64,000 nt of DNA from positions 193 through 64,192 of the forward strand of contig CAYXTA010000001.1 of the NCBI GenBank assembly GCA_964468315.1, written 5' to 3'. Source of the DNA: an uncultured Candidatus Saccharibacteria bacterium (GTDB taxonomy: Bacteria; Patescibacteriota; Minisyncoccia; Phycocordibacterales; UBA9973). Both the position numbers and the translations under genes were made by a program. Under the pieces are notes generated by a model. It made no database searches, was not told where the DNA came from, and saw only the letters and a program-made list of their open reading frames with translations. Below are positions 36,731 through 47,252 of this stretch, one piece after another. Position 1 is the stretch's first letter. Each line of letters opens with the position of its first letter.

Positions 36731-36860
36731 AAATACTCGTAAATAGTACATTTTTTCAGCATTTATTTCAAGTATTGCGTTTTTTGTCTTTAAGTGGTAT
36801 TTTGAGTTTAAATGGTTTGAAAAAGTTCTTAAATAATAATAAATATAAAAAATAAAAGAA

Positions 36861-37745
36861 ATGGAAACATATGAAAAATGGCTAAAAGCCTTCAGATTGA
36901 AAATGGCTGTATTTGCCATTTTACTTGTTATGTGTAGTTTTGTTTTAGAAAATGAAACTATAGATGCCTACGTTTGGCTAATTGCACTTGTTGTTACTTT
37001 AGGAACAACAAATACAATGCTAACGAATGATTATGTTGACCGAGAACACGATAAATTAAAAGGAAAAACTTTCGCTTCAGAAAACGAGCATGTTCTTTTT
37101 TCTGTTGTTGTTATTCTTTGGGCAATTATTATTATGTTGTCTCTTGTTGTAATGTTTTATTCTAGATATCAAGGTGGCATACTTTTAGTATGTGCGTATG
37201 TAGGAATAATGTATTCCTTTACAAGGAAATTCCCAATGCTTTCAGCTTTTTCTGTTGCATTGGCTAGTGCTTTAATAACATTACTTCCATTAGCTAAAAG
37301 TGGAATGTCTGTTGTTTTATTTTCTTCTACTTTTTTATTTATCCTTGCAAGAGAAATAGTAAAAGATGTTGATGATAAAAAAATAGATGAAAGAATTGAT
37401 GAAAAAGGCAATGTTTACAAAAAAACTCTTCCTGTGATTTTAAACACAGAAACAGCTTTGATTCTTGCTGGATTTGTACTGTGTGCTGGAATTATTTGCT
37501 CTTGGTTTTTAATTCCTTTTACTGATAAGTTTTATGTGATATGGATTCCATTGCTTTGTTTGTCCGTCATTGCTTTTATTGTTTATCCAAAAAAATATGC
37601 TATCGGTGCTACATATTTAGATATAGGAATACTTTTGATTTTATTTTCAATTTTGTATCCCAACATATTAAATATTTATCACGATTTTTTATCTCATATA
37701 GCTTATTTATTTGGACTTATTAATTATTTTTATCCTGTAAAATAA
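36861..37745 (+). CDS. UbiA-family prenyltransferase-like membrane protein
   Basis: Polytopic. NDYVDREHD matches the first Asp-rich NDxxDxxxD motif of UbiA prenyltransferases. Confidence 0.55.
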   Translation: METYEKWLKAFRLKMAVFAILLVMCSFVLENETIDAYVWLIALVVTLGTTNTMLTNDYVDREHDKLKGKTFASENEHVLFSVVVILWAIIIMLSLVVMFYSRYQGGILLVCAYVGIMYSFTRKFPMLSAFSVALASALITLLPLAKSGMSVVLFSSTFLFILAREIVKDVDDKKIDERIDEKGNVYKKTLPVILNTETALILAGFVLCAGIICSWFLIPFTDKFYVIWIPLLCLSVIAFIVYPKKYAIGATYLDIGILLILFSILYPNILNIYHDFLSHIAYLFGLINYFYPVK

Positions 37746-37785
37746 AAAAATACCTCACTGAAATTCAGTGAGGTATTTTAATTTT
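37745..37785. terminator. bidirectional terminator
   Basis: atacctcactgaa att cagtgaggtat plus a T-run. Confidence 0.6.
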
Positions 37786-37791
37786 ATAAAA

Positions 37792-38292
37792 CTAATTATT
37801 CATCATCATTGGTGCAGGAGATATTTTAGAAGAATATATTTCTGGATTTACCATTCCAAATATCATAGCTATGTGAGCTACGACTAAAAATATTGCTACA
37901 AAAATAGCATGTAATTTTAATTTTTCTTCTACACTCGCATATTTCTTTATGAATCCTAATTCGAGAAGTGTGATTCCAAAAAGAGGAATTACTCCTAATA
38001 AATAAAATCCAACTGCTATTATGTCTGCAAAACCTCTCCATTCACCGGACATAGTTATAGGCAATACTGCTGTTTTGAGTAAATAGAAAAATACTCCTAA
38101 AAAGTAAATTCCTACTACCATTCCAGCCCATTTGCTGATCTTTTTTGCTGTACTATCTAAGTTTCTGGTAAAGAGTAAATACAATTCTGTTATGGCTATT
38201 GTTTCAGCTAATATTACTGGTATTGCCATAAAGATGATTAAATTCCAAGGTTGATTTGAAGCTAAAAGCCCCATATAGTGTGTCATTGACAT
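37792..38292 (-). CDS. hypothetical integral membrane protein
   Basis: 166 aa with 4-5 TM helices. Confidence 0.45.
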   Translation of the reverse strand: MSMTHYMGLLASNQPWNLIIFMAIPVILAETIAITELYLLFTRNLDSTAKKISKWAGMVVGIYFLGVFFYLLKTAVLPITMSGEWRGFADIIAVGFYLLGVIPLFGITLLELGFIKKYASVEEKLKLHAIFVAIFLVVAHIAMIFGMVNPEIYSSKISPAPMMMNN

Positions 38293-38339
38293 AAATTTAA
38301 ATAAGTTAAAATTAATTAATAAAAAAACTATTTATTAAT

Positions 38340-38744
38340 TTAAAATACTTTTGTATTAAGAATTCCTTTAGAAAAAAGTGTTTGATACAAATCATTAATT
38401 ATTTTATATCTTTGTCTTTTTATATAGAGTACAAGTTTTATTAAAGGTGGGGAAGTGTAAATGAAATTTAAAAATAAGAAAGAAAAAATCAATAAAGTAA
38501 TTATCTTAAAAGAAGGCAAAACCATCAATAGATTTTTCTGTAATGAATTTAAATGACCAAAAAAATCTAGGGGGCATATCGCTGATTGGCCATCCATATA
38601 AGGACAATCAAAATTCGCCATCGGAGACATATGCTCGTGGCTCATACTCATCATGTGTTGGAATATATAAAAAGGGAGAAGTAGGTATAAAGCTAATACC
38701 CCGAAAGCTATGAATTTTTTAGTATTTGAAAGCTTTAGTTTCAT
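38340..38744 (-). CDS. hypothetical membrane protein
   Basis: 134 aa with two TM segments and Cys/His/Met-rich loop HMMSMSHEHMSPMANFDCPYMDGQSAICP, a possible metal-binding site. Confidence 0.4.
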   Translation of the reverse strand: MKLKLSNTKKFIAFGVLALYLLLPFYIFQHMMSMSHEHMSPMANFDCPYMDGQSAICPLDFFGHLNSLQKNLLMVLPSFKIITLLIFSFLFLNFIYTSPPLIKLVLYIKRQRYKIINDLYQTLFSKGILNTKVF

Positions 38745-38767
38745 AAAGATATTATAGCACTAATTTG

Positions 38768-38839
38768 TGACCCTACAGAGAATCGAACTCTGATTACCGC
38801 CTTGAAAAGGCGATGTCCTAACCGTTAGACGATAGGGCC
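38768..38839 (-). tRNA. tRNA-Glu (anticodon TTC)
   Basis: ggcccta...tagggtc acceptor, anticodon loop ttTTCaa, T-loop ttcgatt. Confidence 0.8.
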
Positions 38840-38968
38840 AATGGAAATATATTACCAACTTTTTAAGAAAAATGCAAAATTTTTGACATAGGGTATTTAA
38901 ATTGTTACCCTTTATTTAGGTTAAAAACTTAGCACTTTGAATAAAAATAAATACTAAAATCTTGTATC

Positions 38969-39358
38969 ATGAAAAATGGAAAAACAGTAGTATTGGTCAT
39001 AGAACCAGGAAAAAGTAACCAAGGAGCAATAAAAAGACAACTTGAAGCTCATGATGTGAAAGTAATACCATCTTTTACTTTGTTTCAAGGAAAAGAATTT
39101 TTTGAAGCAAATAAAGAAATCCTAGATTTCATTTTTCTTGATGATTTTTCTGAATTTTTAAAAATGGATGACATTAAAGATTTGATTGAATATTTCAAAT
39201 CTGAATCTTCTATTTTTAAAGGAAAAATAATTGCTATTTCAGATCATAAAAATAATGAAATGATAAGGGCTGGTTGTGATGGTCAATGGAGTAAAAACTT
39301 ACTTTCTTATATGAAAGGAGAGGGTTTTACTAAAAGTGATGAAATGTTTAAAGTTTAA
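38969..39358 (+). CDS. hypothetical protein (CheY-like receiver fold possible)
   Basis: VLVIEP...DFIFLDDF resembles the acidic pocket and beta-alpha pattern of a receiver domain. Weak. Confidence 0.35.
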   Translation: MKNGKTVVLVIEPGKSNQGAIKRQLEAHDVKVIPSFTLFQGKEFFEANKEILDFIFLDDFSEFLKMDDIKDLIEYFKSESSIFKGKIIAISDHKNNEMIRAGCDGQWSKNLLSYMKGEGFTKSDEMFKV

Positions 39359-39362
39359 ATTT

Positions 39363-39398
39363 AGTGCTGGAAATACAAATTTCCAGCACTTTTTATTT
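39363..39398. terminator. bidirectional terminator
   Basis: agtgctggaaat acaa atttccagcact plus tttt. Confidence 0.65.
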
Positions 39399-40319
39399 TG
39401 TATGCAAATAGAGATATATATCTTCGAGTGCTTTGACTCCATCACCAGCAGCAATGTTGTTTTGATGATATAAGATATTTGTACAATCACCAGCAGCCCA
39501 GATACCTGCGATAGATGTGCGGTTTGTCCAAGGGTCTATTTTAATTCTATTTATTTCATCGATTTCTACTAAGTCTTTTACGAGGTCAGTATTTGGTATT
39601 TGTCCTATTTCTACGAAAATTCCAGTGACAGATATTTCTTTTATTTCGCCAGAAATTTTATCTTTATAGATCAAACCTTGTACAAATTTTTCTCCTTTGA
39701 TTTCCAAAATTTCTGCATTTTTTATAACTTTCATTTTTGGATGAGAAAGTACTTTTTGTACAGTGACTTCATCTGCACGGAAAGTATCACTTCTGTTTAT
39801 AAGAGTTACAGAATTACAATATGCTAGAAGCTGTGCTGCGGATTCGAGTCCTGCATTACCTCCACCAATAACAGCTACATCAGCTCCAGAGAAAAGGGGA
39901 CCATCACAAGAAGCACAATAAGTGATGCCTCTGTGTTCTAAGGTGTCTGCATTTTTTGCAATTAATTTTCTGCGTCCACTACCAGTACTTATGAGAATTG
40001 TTTTACCTTCATACTCTTCGTCGCTATCTGTTTTTACAATAAAATTGTCATCTTTTTTTGAAACTAAAATAGCTTTACTTCCTTCTTTTACTTCTAAATC
40101 TTCGCCGACATTTGCAGTGACGTGTTTTTTGAAATTATCAGCTAATTCCATGCCACCTATTTCGGGTGAACCGATCCAGTTGTATATTTTTTCAGAAACA
40201 GTAGATTGCCCACCAAATTCGGAAGTAATAAAAAGTGTTTTTAATTTTTTTCGAGCAGCATAAACAGAAGCAGATACTCCTGCAGGGCCACCTCCTAAGA
40301 TAATCAAATCGTATATCAT
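39393..40319 (-). CDS. trxB: thioredoxin-disulfide reductase
   Basis: DLIILGGGPAGVSASVYAARK (FAD GxGxxG), redox-active CASCDG, and second Rossmann motif AVIGGGNAG. Confidence 0.85.
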   Translation of the reverse strand: MIYDLIILGGGPAGVSASVYAARKKLKTLFITSEFGGQSTVSEKIYNWIGSPEIGGMELADNFKKHVTANVGEDLEVKEGSKAILVSKKDDNFIVKTDSDEEYEGKTILISTGSGRRKLIAKNADTLEHRGITYCASCDGPLFSGADVAVIGGGNAGLESAAQLLAYCNSVTLINRSDTFRADEVTVQKVLSHPKMKVIKNAEILEIKGEKFVQGLIYKDKISGEIKEISVTGIFVEIGQIPNTDLVKDLVEIDEINRIKIDPWTNRTSIAGIWAAGDCTNILYHQNNIAAGDGVKALEDIYLYLHTK

Positions 40320-40333
40320 GAATTGATTATATA

Positions 40334-41557
40334 TTATTTTTTATTTCTACGAAAGAAAGCAGGTACAGCACTCCAATCTTCATTGTCATCTATGATGATT
40401 TCTTCAATGACTGGTTGTTCTGTTTTAACTGGTTCTGGACTTTTTTCTATTTTTCTAACAAATTCATTTTGATTTATTTCTGCAATAGTACTTTGAGCAA
40501 TAGGATTTACTTCTTTTTTAGGTGTAAAGAATTTTTCTTCTTTTATACTTGGAGCAGATACTGGTGCTGGTTGTGTATTGAACAAAGTTTTTCTTTGCAT
40601 ATCAGCAGGGAAGGAAGTTGCAATAACAGTGACTTTGATTTCTCCTTTCTTTAATTTTTCATCATGAATAGTACCGAAGATAACTTTCGCATCTTTGTCT
40701 ATTGATTCTGTGATTATTTTTGCTGCTTCTTGTATTTCGTGTATTGTTAGGTCGTCTCCACCTGAAATAGCAAAGAGTACTCCTTTTGCACCATTTATAG
40801 AAACTTCAAGAAGAGGGGAATTGATAGCGAGTAATGCTGCTTTCTCTGCTCTGTTTTCTCCTGAAGCAGAACCGATACCCATAAGAGCACTTCCTGCATC
40901 AGACATAATAGCTTTGATATCTGCAAAGTCGACATTGATGACTCCTGGAGTAGTGATAAGGTCAGAAATACCTTCTACCGCTTGGCGTAATACTTCATTA
41001 CACATAGCGAAAGCATCTTTTGAATTTGTATTTTTGTCTGTAAGTTGAAGTAATTTGTCATTTGGAATTACGATAATAGCATCGACTTCTTTTGCAAGTT
41101 CCTCGATACCTTTTTCTGCGATTTTCATACGGTGATTACCTTCGAAGAAAAATGGTTTTGTGACTACAGCGACAGTAAGTATGTCTTGTTCTTTTGCTGC
41201 ACGAGCAACGATAGGTGCTGCACCAGTACCAGTGCCTCCACCCATACCACAAGCAATGAAGATCATATCAGAACCTTTGATAGTATCTTGGATTTCTGCT
41301 TTTGTTTCTTCTGCTGCTTTTTTTCCAATGTCAGGATTCATTCCTGCACCGAGACCTTTTGTTAGATTTTTACCAATATGAATTTTCTTTTCTGCAAGAG
41401 AATTGTGTAAGTCTTGAACATCAGTATTCATTGAGATGAATTCGACTCCTTTGACCTTTGATAAGATCATATGATTGAGTGCATTCTTTCCGGAACCACC
41501 AACTCCGATGACTTTAATACGAGCGAAACTTTCTATATCTGGATTTACTTTTGGCAT
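40334..41557 (-). CDS. ftsZ: cell division GTPase FtsZ
   Basis: GVGGSGKNALNHM and tubulin signature GGGTGTGAAPIVARAAKE. 407 aa. Confidence 0.93.
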   Translation of the reverse strand: MPKVNPDIESFARIKVIGVGGSGKNALNHMILSKVKGVEFISMNTDVQDLHNSLAEKKIHIGKNLTKGLGAGMNPDIGKKAAEETKAEIQDTIKGSDMIFIACGMGGGTGTGAAPIVARAAKEQDILTVAVVTKPFFFEGNHRMKIAEKGIEELAKEVDAIIVIPNDKLLQLTDKNTNSKDAFAMCNEVLRQAVEGISDLITTPGVINVDFADIKAIMSDAGSALMGIGSASGENRAEKAALLAINSPLLEVSINGAKGVLFAISGGDDLTIHEIQEAAKIITESIDKDAKVIFGTIHDEKLKKGEIKVTVIATSFPADMQRKTLFNTQPAPVSAPSIKEEKFFTPKKEVNPIAQSTIAEINQNEFVRKIEKSPEPVKTEQPVIEEIIIDDNEDWSAVPAFFRRNKK

Positions 41558-41665
41558 ATTTTTTGTGGTTAATTTCTAATAAAAAATGAGTATCCATCTA
41601 TCATAACAGAAATTAAAAAAAAGCAAAATTTTACTTTTTTCTTTATTTTCAGTATAAAAATAGCC

Positions 41666-42832
41666 TTATGGTAGAAGCTGTTTGAACATTGACTTTAGAC
41701 CATTTGAGATGTCTTTCATAAAAGCAGGTAGATTGTCATTTTTATTATTTATGAGAGAACTTTTTCCAGACATACAAAGTCCAAATGCTACAAACCAAGA
41801 AGAATCACGGACTTTTGTTTTTGTATTTCCAAAGATTTCTCCATTACCTATTTTAGAAGGAAGGTTTAAAGTTTCTTTTGATAAATTTTCAAGCATAGGT
41901 ATTGCAGAACCTCCACCAGTGAAAATAATTCCCGCAGGAAGTAAACCATTTCTTCTTATTTTCTTTAAATGATTTTCGATGAGTTCAAATATGTCAGTAA
42001 GTCTTGCCTCGATAATTTCGTCTAATTTCTTTTTTGAAAAATTTCCATAATCAGAATTTATTTTTAAACTCTCTGCCTCTTCGAGAGGGATTTTTAATCC
42101 AAGGGCTATATCATTTGTAATATCAGATGAACCAATAGAGAAAACATGTAGAGAAAGGGGAGCCCCGTTTTCAAATACAACTATAGATACAGTTTCAGCT
42201 CCTATATTTACCAATGCACAACCGACTATTTTCTGGCGCTCGTTTAAAGCTACAAAACTAGCCGCTATAGGTGAAGCTACTATATCTATAGGTTCTACTC
42301 CAGCTTCTGTGAGAGCAAGGACGATATCTTCTATGTGTTGATTTAAACTCGTCACAAAGAGAGTTTTTACTTCGAGCTTTATACCATGCAAACCTTCAGG
42401 TCTACCTAATACTTCTTTTTCATCGAGTTTATAAGAAATAGGGAATGAGTGAATTATTTTTTTATTTCCTAAGGTTAGATTTACTTCACTTTCTTTCTGC
42501 GCTTTTGATATGTCGAGCATTGTGACTTCGTTGTCTGCTTTTGAAATTATTGCAGATCCTGTAGAAACTTCAGAACTAAGTGTAATACCCCCGATAGAAA
42601 CAAAAGCTCTTTTTATTTTTGTATTTGAAACAGTTTCAGCTTGAGCTATTGCAGTTTTAATACTATCTACAACATCATCGAATTTGAAAACATATCCGTG
42701 CCTTATGCCTTTTGTAACACAAGATCCTGTGCCTATGATTTTAGGAATTTTCTCATCTTTAAAAGACTCAGCTACTACAACACGTGTCATAGCTGTTCCT
42801 ATATCAATACCGACAGAAATGTTTCTTATCAT
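41666..42832 (-). CDS. ftsA: cell division protein FtsA
   Basis: Actin-like ATPase motifs (VGIDIGTAMTRVVV, DIVLALTEAGV, GIIFTGGGSAI). Immediately upstream of ftsZ. Confidence 0.85.
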   Translation of the reverse strand: MIRNISVGIDIGTAMTRVVVAESFKDEKIPKIIGTGSCVTKGIRHGYVFKFDDVVDSIKTAIAQAETVSNTKIKRAFVSIGGITLSSEVSTGSAIISKADNEVTMLDISKAQKESEVNLTLGNKKIIHSFPISYKLDEKEVLGRPEGLHGIKLEVKTLFVTSLNQHIEDIVLALTEAGVEPIDIVASPIAASFVALNERQKIVGCALVNIGAETVSIVVFENGAPLSLHVFSIGSSDITNDIALGLKIPLEEAESLKINSDYGNFSKKKLDEIIEARLTDIFELIENHLKKIRRNGLLPAGIIFTGGGSAIPMLENLSKETLNLPSKIGNGEIFGNTKTKVRDSSWFVAFGLCMSGKSSLINNKNDNLPAFMKDISNGLKSMFKQLLP

Positions 42833-42890
42833 TTATAAAAAGTGATGCACATATTAAAAGCTAGTAATAAAAATAAAAGAGTATATCAAA

Positions 42891-43274
42891 CTAACACTTA
42901 AAAATTTTTGAAAATTTTTCCTCTTGTACTTCCATTGTACTACCATGTTGCATTCCTTTCAAATGTAGCATTCCGTGGATAACTAAAAATCCGACAAATT
43001 CTTGCCAAGTTTTGCCATAATCACTCGCTTGTTTTTTTGCTACTCTAATACAAATAAAAATTTCTCCATTTTTTTTTGAATAAGGGAAAGACAAGACATT
43101 TGTAGGGTTATCTTTTTCTCTATAAGTTTTATTTAATTCTTGAGATTTTTTTTCATCGACAAAAACAAGAGAAAGATTGTATTTACTTCCTAGTATTTTT
43201 GTTTTCATCATAGCAAAAGGCAAGCCGGGAAGCTTGCCTTTTGTGAGATTTGTTATTGAAAAATCGTCTTTCAT
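42891..43274 (-). CDS. ybeY: rRNA maturation endoribonuclease YbeY
   Basis: HGMLHLKGMQHGS (the HxxxHxxxxxH zinc motif). 127 aa. Confidence 0.8.
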   Translation of the reverse strand: MKDDFSITNLTKGKLPGLPFAMMKTKILGSKYNLSLVFVDEKKSQELNKTYREKDNPTNVLSFPYSKKNGEIFICIRVAKKQASDYGKTWQEFVGFLVIHGMLHLKGMQHGSTMEVQEEKFSKIFKC

Positions 43275-43286
43275 AATTAGAACAAA

Positions 43287-43514
43287 TTATTTCATCTTTC
43301 CTAATTTGCGCATTTTTTCGTTAGCTTTTCTTTTTGCAATACGTTTTAGTGTGGCAGCTTTTACTTTTACTTTAGATTCTTCGCGTTCGTTATAACGATT
43401 GTTTTTGACTTTGTAGATAATACCTGACTCCTGTATTTTACGAGTAAATCTGCGAAGTACACTCGCATTGTTTTCATTTGTATTTTTCTTTACTTCTATG
43501 ATTGATTTTTGCAT
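43287..43514 (-). CDS. rpsU: 30S ribosomal protein S21
   Basis: ASVLRRFTRKIQESGI...KRIAKRKANEKMRK matches the S21 pattern (LRRFKR...KR.AKK). Confidence 0.7.
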   Translation of the reverse strand: MQKSIIEVKKNTNENNASVLRRFTRKIQESGIIYKVKNNRYNEREESKVKVKAATLKRIAKRKANEKMRKLGKMK

Positions 43515-43540
43515 ATACAGTAGTTTAACATATTTTTTAT

Positions 43541-45478
43541 TTATAGCAAGTCCTCCGGGTCCACATTTATAATGAATTGCGGTGGTAGATTTGAGATTTT
43601 CGTCAGTAGCTTTTTATCTATCGTTCTTTCTTTGTATACATCACTTAAAGACCATTTTTCTAGATCAATCTTGATAAGCATATGTGTCACGAATTTATTA
43701 TTTAATTTTGCAACAAAACCACCAAATATTTCAGGATTATATTCTTTGAAAGTTTCTTGTAATTCTTTTTTTGCTACATAAGTACTTTCTTTATCGCCTA
43801 TATATGATATTTTTATAAATCTTTTGTAAGGGGGATAATTTAGATTTTTCCTGTCTTGCAATTCTTCTCTTACGAAGTTCAAAATACTTTCATTGTTTAT
43901 TGATTTTAATATTTCATCTTTTTCGTTTTTTGTTTGAATTACTAATTTTTTTGTAGTGTTTGATATAGTAGAAAATATTATGTGTAAGATTTTCTCACTC
44001 ATTTTAAAATTCGGAATACTCCAAAGAGAGTCAAAAGAAGCGATGATAGATAAATCTACTTTCCTTGTCATGTAATGGAACGCCATTTCTGTGCCGATAA
44101 GTATCGCACCTTCTTCATTTTCAAAATTTTTAATTATTTTTATTGCACCAGCATTAGTCTTTGCTGATTCCTTGTCTATTTTCAAAATTTTTGTTTTAGG
44201 AAAATTCTTTTTTATTTCTTCTTCGACGCCTTCTGTGCCTATGCCTAAAGGAGTTAGATTCCATGAATCACAATACGGGCATTTCATTTGTGGGTCCATT
44301 TGTGTTTTGCATTTATTGCAAATAAACATTCTTTTCTTACCATCACGTGAAAGATAAAGCACAACAGGGGATGAACAATTATTGCAAAGTACTGGTGATG
44401 AACAATCTTTGCACACAGTAATAGTCGCTAAACCTTTTCTTAAAGAAAAAATAAATACATTTTGTTTTTTTGAAATTGTGTTTTTTATTTCTTCTATGTT
44501 TTCTTCTGATAGAAGTTTGAATTTTTTAGAAGCTTCTCCTTCATTTTTTGGATTTGGATCTTTGATTTCTATTTCTCCTTCGAAATTGAGTCTAAAAGAC
44601 AGAGATGATATTTCTGTGAATTCTTCTCTTCTTCCCAATGTTTCAAAACGTAAAAGGGTATCAGCTAATATGAATTTTGCTTGTATTTTTTGTGCATATA
44701 ATTCTGCAAAAATTCTAAAGTCTAAAAATGGGCGAACCATCATTTTGTAACTCGTCTTACTTTCATTCTCTAATATGATAGTTTTTATATCTTTTCTTGG
44801 TATAGATAAAAATTGAGGACTAGCGATTATGAGTATAGGGTGATCTGTCTCCATTATTTTTTTAAAAGCTTCAATTTGTTTCTTCTCAGACATTCCACCG
44901 TGAGCTTTGAAACTGAAGTTTTCAATACCACGAGAAAGTTCTTTGCTCCATGTTTCTACATCTTGTTCTGTCGGCAAAATAAAGAATAAAGATTTTTTTT
45001 CTGCGAAAGATGAACGAATAAGAGTTTTGTAATAAGAAATACGGTCTTCTTTGTTTGTTTGGAAAAGTATTTTTTCCGTTTTTATATTATTTATTTTTCC
45101 TGTTTCTTCTATATCACTTTTATTTAATTTTGAAATCTTGTCATAATTTTCTCGAAAACTTGTAGGTATAAGAGAAAGCAGTGTTCGGCTTTTTGATGAT
45201 GCAAAATATTCACTTACTTCTATTCCTGTAGATAAAAATTGATTAAGCAAAATAGAATTTTCTTTTATCTCAGTAATCTTTCTTAAATTAAAAGACATAT
45301 TTTTTATATTTGATTTTGTGTCGCTAGCATCAGTAGAAGAGATGACAATACCGAGTATTGATTTATTTCGAACAGGTATTTTTACTACAGAACCATTGGA
45401 GATTTCTTTTGCAGTGAAATAGGTTAATTCTTCTTTGAATATGCCTTTGGAGAGAGGGATTACGGTCGCTATTTTCAT
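43541..45478 (-). CDS. priA: primosomal protein N' (PriA)-like, helicase motifs degenerate
   Basis: N-terminal VIPLSKG...TYFTAKEISNGSVVKIPVRNKSILGIVIS is the PriA 3' DNA-binding domain pattern. FFILPTEQ...KAHGGMSEKKQ...IIASPQ and a Cys4 zinc ribbon are present. Walker A and DEEH are absent (IILENES). Start trimmed to MKIATV to avoid overlap with mreB. Confidence 0.55.
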   Translation of the reverse strand: MKIATVIPLSKGIFKEELTYFTAKEISNGSVVKIPVRNKSILGIVISSTDASDTKSNIKNMSFNLRKITEIKENSILLNQFLSTGIEVSEYFASSKSRTLLSLIPTSFRENYDKISKLNKSDIEETGKINNIKTEKILFQTNKEDRISYYKTLIRSSFAEKKSLFFILPTEQDVETWSKELSRGIENFSFKAHGGMSEKKQIEAFKKIMETDHPILIIASPQFLSIPRKDIKTIILENESKTSYKMMVRPFLDFRIFAELYAQKIQAKFILADTLLRFETLGRREEFTEISSLSFRLNFEGEIEIKDPNPKNEGEASKKFKLLSEENIEEIKNTISKKQNVFIFSLRKGLATITVCKDCSSPVLCNNCSSPVVLYLSRDGKKRMFICNKCKTQMDPQMKCPYCDSWNLTPLGIGTEGVEEEIKKNFPKTKILKIDKESAKTNAGAIKIIKNFENEEGAILIGTEMAFHYMTRKVDLSIIASFDSLWSIPNFKMSEKILHIIFSTISNTTKKLVIQTKNEKDEILKSINNESILNFVREELQDRKNLNYPPYKRFIKISYIGDKESTYVAKKELQETFKEYNPEIFGGFVAKLNNKFVTHMLIKIDLEKWSLSDVYKERTIDKKLLTKISNLPPQFIINVDPEDLL

Positions 45479-45515
45479 AATTTTTATTTTAGCATTTTTG
45501 TGATATATTTGCTCT

Positions 45516-46529
45516 ATGGGGATTTTTTCAAAAAAACTCGGTATCGACCTAGGAACTGCGAATACTTTAGTGTATTTACCTGGAAAAGGCATTGTTCTAA
45601 ACGAGCCTTCTGTTGTAGCTGTTTCTGAGCAAGATAATAAAATTCTAGCTATTGGTTTTGACGCTAAAGATATGATAGGTAAAACTCCTGATTCCATCAT
45701 CGCATATCGCCCAATGAAAGATGGAGTTATTGCAGACTATAGAGTGACAGAAGCAATGCTTCGTTATTTTATAAATAAAGCACTTGGAAAATTTAATTTA
45801 TGGAAACCTGATGTGATGATTTCTGTACCAGCTGGAGTGACTTCTACTGAAAGAAGAGCGGTGATAGAAGCAGCGATAAGAGCTGGTGCAAAAAATGCAT
45901 ATGTAGTGAAAGAGCCAATTCTTGCTGCTATCGGTGCTGGTATTCCTATATATGAATCAAAAGGTCATATGGTGGTAGATATCGGAGGTGGTACTACTGA
46001 CGTTGCAGTTATTTCTCTCGGAGGCATAGTAGCTTCTACTTCTGTAAAATGTGCAGGTAATAAAATAGATCAAGCTATTGCTGACTACATAAAAAAGACT
46101 TTCAATCTTGCTATCGGTGACCGTACAGCAGAAGAAGTAAAAATAAAAATTGGTGCAGCTGTGATGCTCGAAGAAGAATTGCGTGTAACCATAAAAGGAA
46201 GAGATTTTATACAAGGTTTGCCTCGTAGTGCTCAAGTTGGAACTAATGAAATAGTAAGAGCTATAGATGCAGAACTTAAACAAATAGTAAAAGCTATCAA
46301 AGATGTCTTACAAGAAACTCCACCAGAGCTCGCTTCTGATATCATCGATCATGGCATTATCATGACTGGAGGATCTTCACAACTTCGTAATTTAACCGAT
46401 CTCGTATATAGAAAGACTGGCGTAAAAGCGACTCTAGCTGAAGATGCACTATATTGTGTTGTAAAAGGTACAGGTATCGCACTTGATCACCTAGATGTGT
46501 ACAAAAAAGCAGTTCTTAGTAAAAAATAA
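45516..46529 (+). CDS. mreB: rod shape-determining protein MreB
   Basis: GIDLGTANTLVY, VVDIGGGTTDVAVIS, and MTGGSSQLRNL. Confidence 0.92.
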   Translation: MGIFSKKLGIDLGTANTLVYLPGKGIVLNEPSVVAVSEQDNKILAIGFDAKDMIGKTPDSIIAYRPMKDGVIADYRVTEAMLRYFINKALGKFNLWKPDVMISVPAGVTSTERRAVIEAAIRAGAKNAYVVKEPILAAIGAGIPIYESKGHMVVDIGGGTTDVAVISLGGIVASTSVKCAGNKIDQAIADYIKKTFNLAIGDRTAEEVKIKIGAAVMLEEELRVTIKGRDFIQGLPRSAQVGTNEIVRAIDAELKQIVKAIKDVLQETPPELASDIIDHGIIMTGGSSQLRNLTDLVYRKTGVKATLAEDALYCVVKGTGIALDHLDVYKKAVLSKK

Positions 46530-46531
46530 AT

Positions 46532-47233
46532 ATGTTCAAAGAACATTTAGATAAAAATAATTTACACCATGCGTATTTGATCGAAGGATCAAGAGAAATA
46601 ATTTTACCTGAAGTTTTAACTTTTCTTGAAGATATAGATTTTAAAATTTCTAACAATCCTGATTTTTATAATGTTTTTATTGATACTTTCAAAGTAAAAG
46701 ATGCTGAAGATATAAAATCTTTAGCAAGTCAGAAGATTTTTGAAGAAGGGGAGAAATTTAAAAAGATATTTATTCTTTCTACAAATAATTTTCTCTTAGA
46801 AGCACAAAATAGTTTACTTAAGATTTTCGAAGAACCAAATAAAAATACACATTTTTTTATCATAGTGCCTGATGTAAGTATTTTTATCCCTACTATTGTT
46901 TCTCGTTTTCGCGTAATTTATACAAAAGATAAAAATACTGAATATAATAAAATAGCAGAAAGTTTCATTGAAATGAAACTTTCTGATCGTATTGAATTTA
47001 TAAAAGATTTTGTAAAAGAAAAAGATGAAGAAGATATGTTAGAAGATTCTATTCGTGCAAAAGCCAATAGATTTTTAAATGCTTTAGAATATGTATTACA
47101 TAAGAAAAATCTTTCAAAAACAAATCCTGAAATTTTCTACCATATTTTCAAGGTCCGCCAATTCCTCCGCCAACCTGGTTCATCTACAAAAATGCTTTTA
47201 GAATCAGTAGCTTTAGTTTTACCGATTTTTTAA
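46532..47233 (+). CDS. holB: DNA polymerase III delta' subunit-like (HolB)
   Basis: HAYLIEGS...LLKIFEEP...IVSRFRV is the delta-prime clamp-loader pattern without a functional Walker A. Confidence 0.55.
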   Translation: MFKEHLDKNNLHHAYLIEGSREIILPEVLTFLEDIDFKISNNPDFYNVFIDTFKVKDAEDIKSLASQKIFEEGEKFKKIFILSTNNFLLEAQNSLLKIFEEPNKNTHFFIIVPDVSIFIPTIVSRFRVIYTKDKNTEYNKIAESFIEMKLSDRIEFIKDFVKEKDEEDMLEDSIRAKANRFLNALEYVLHKKNLSKTNPEIFYHIFKVRQFLRQPGSSTKMLLESVALVLPIF

Positions 47234-47252
47234 TTTCTGATATAATAAAAAT

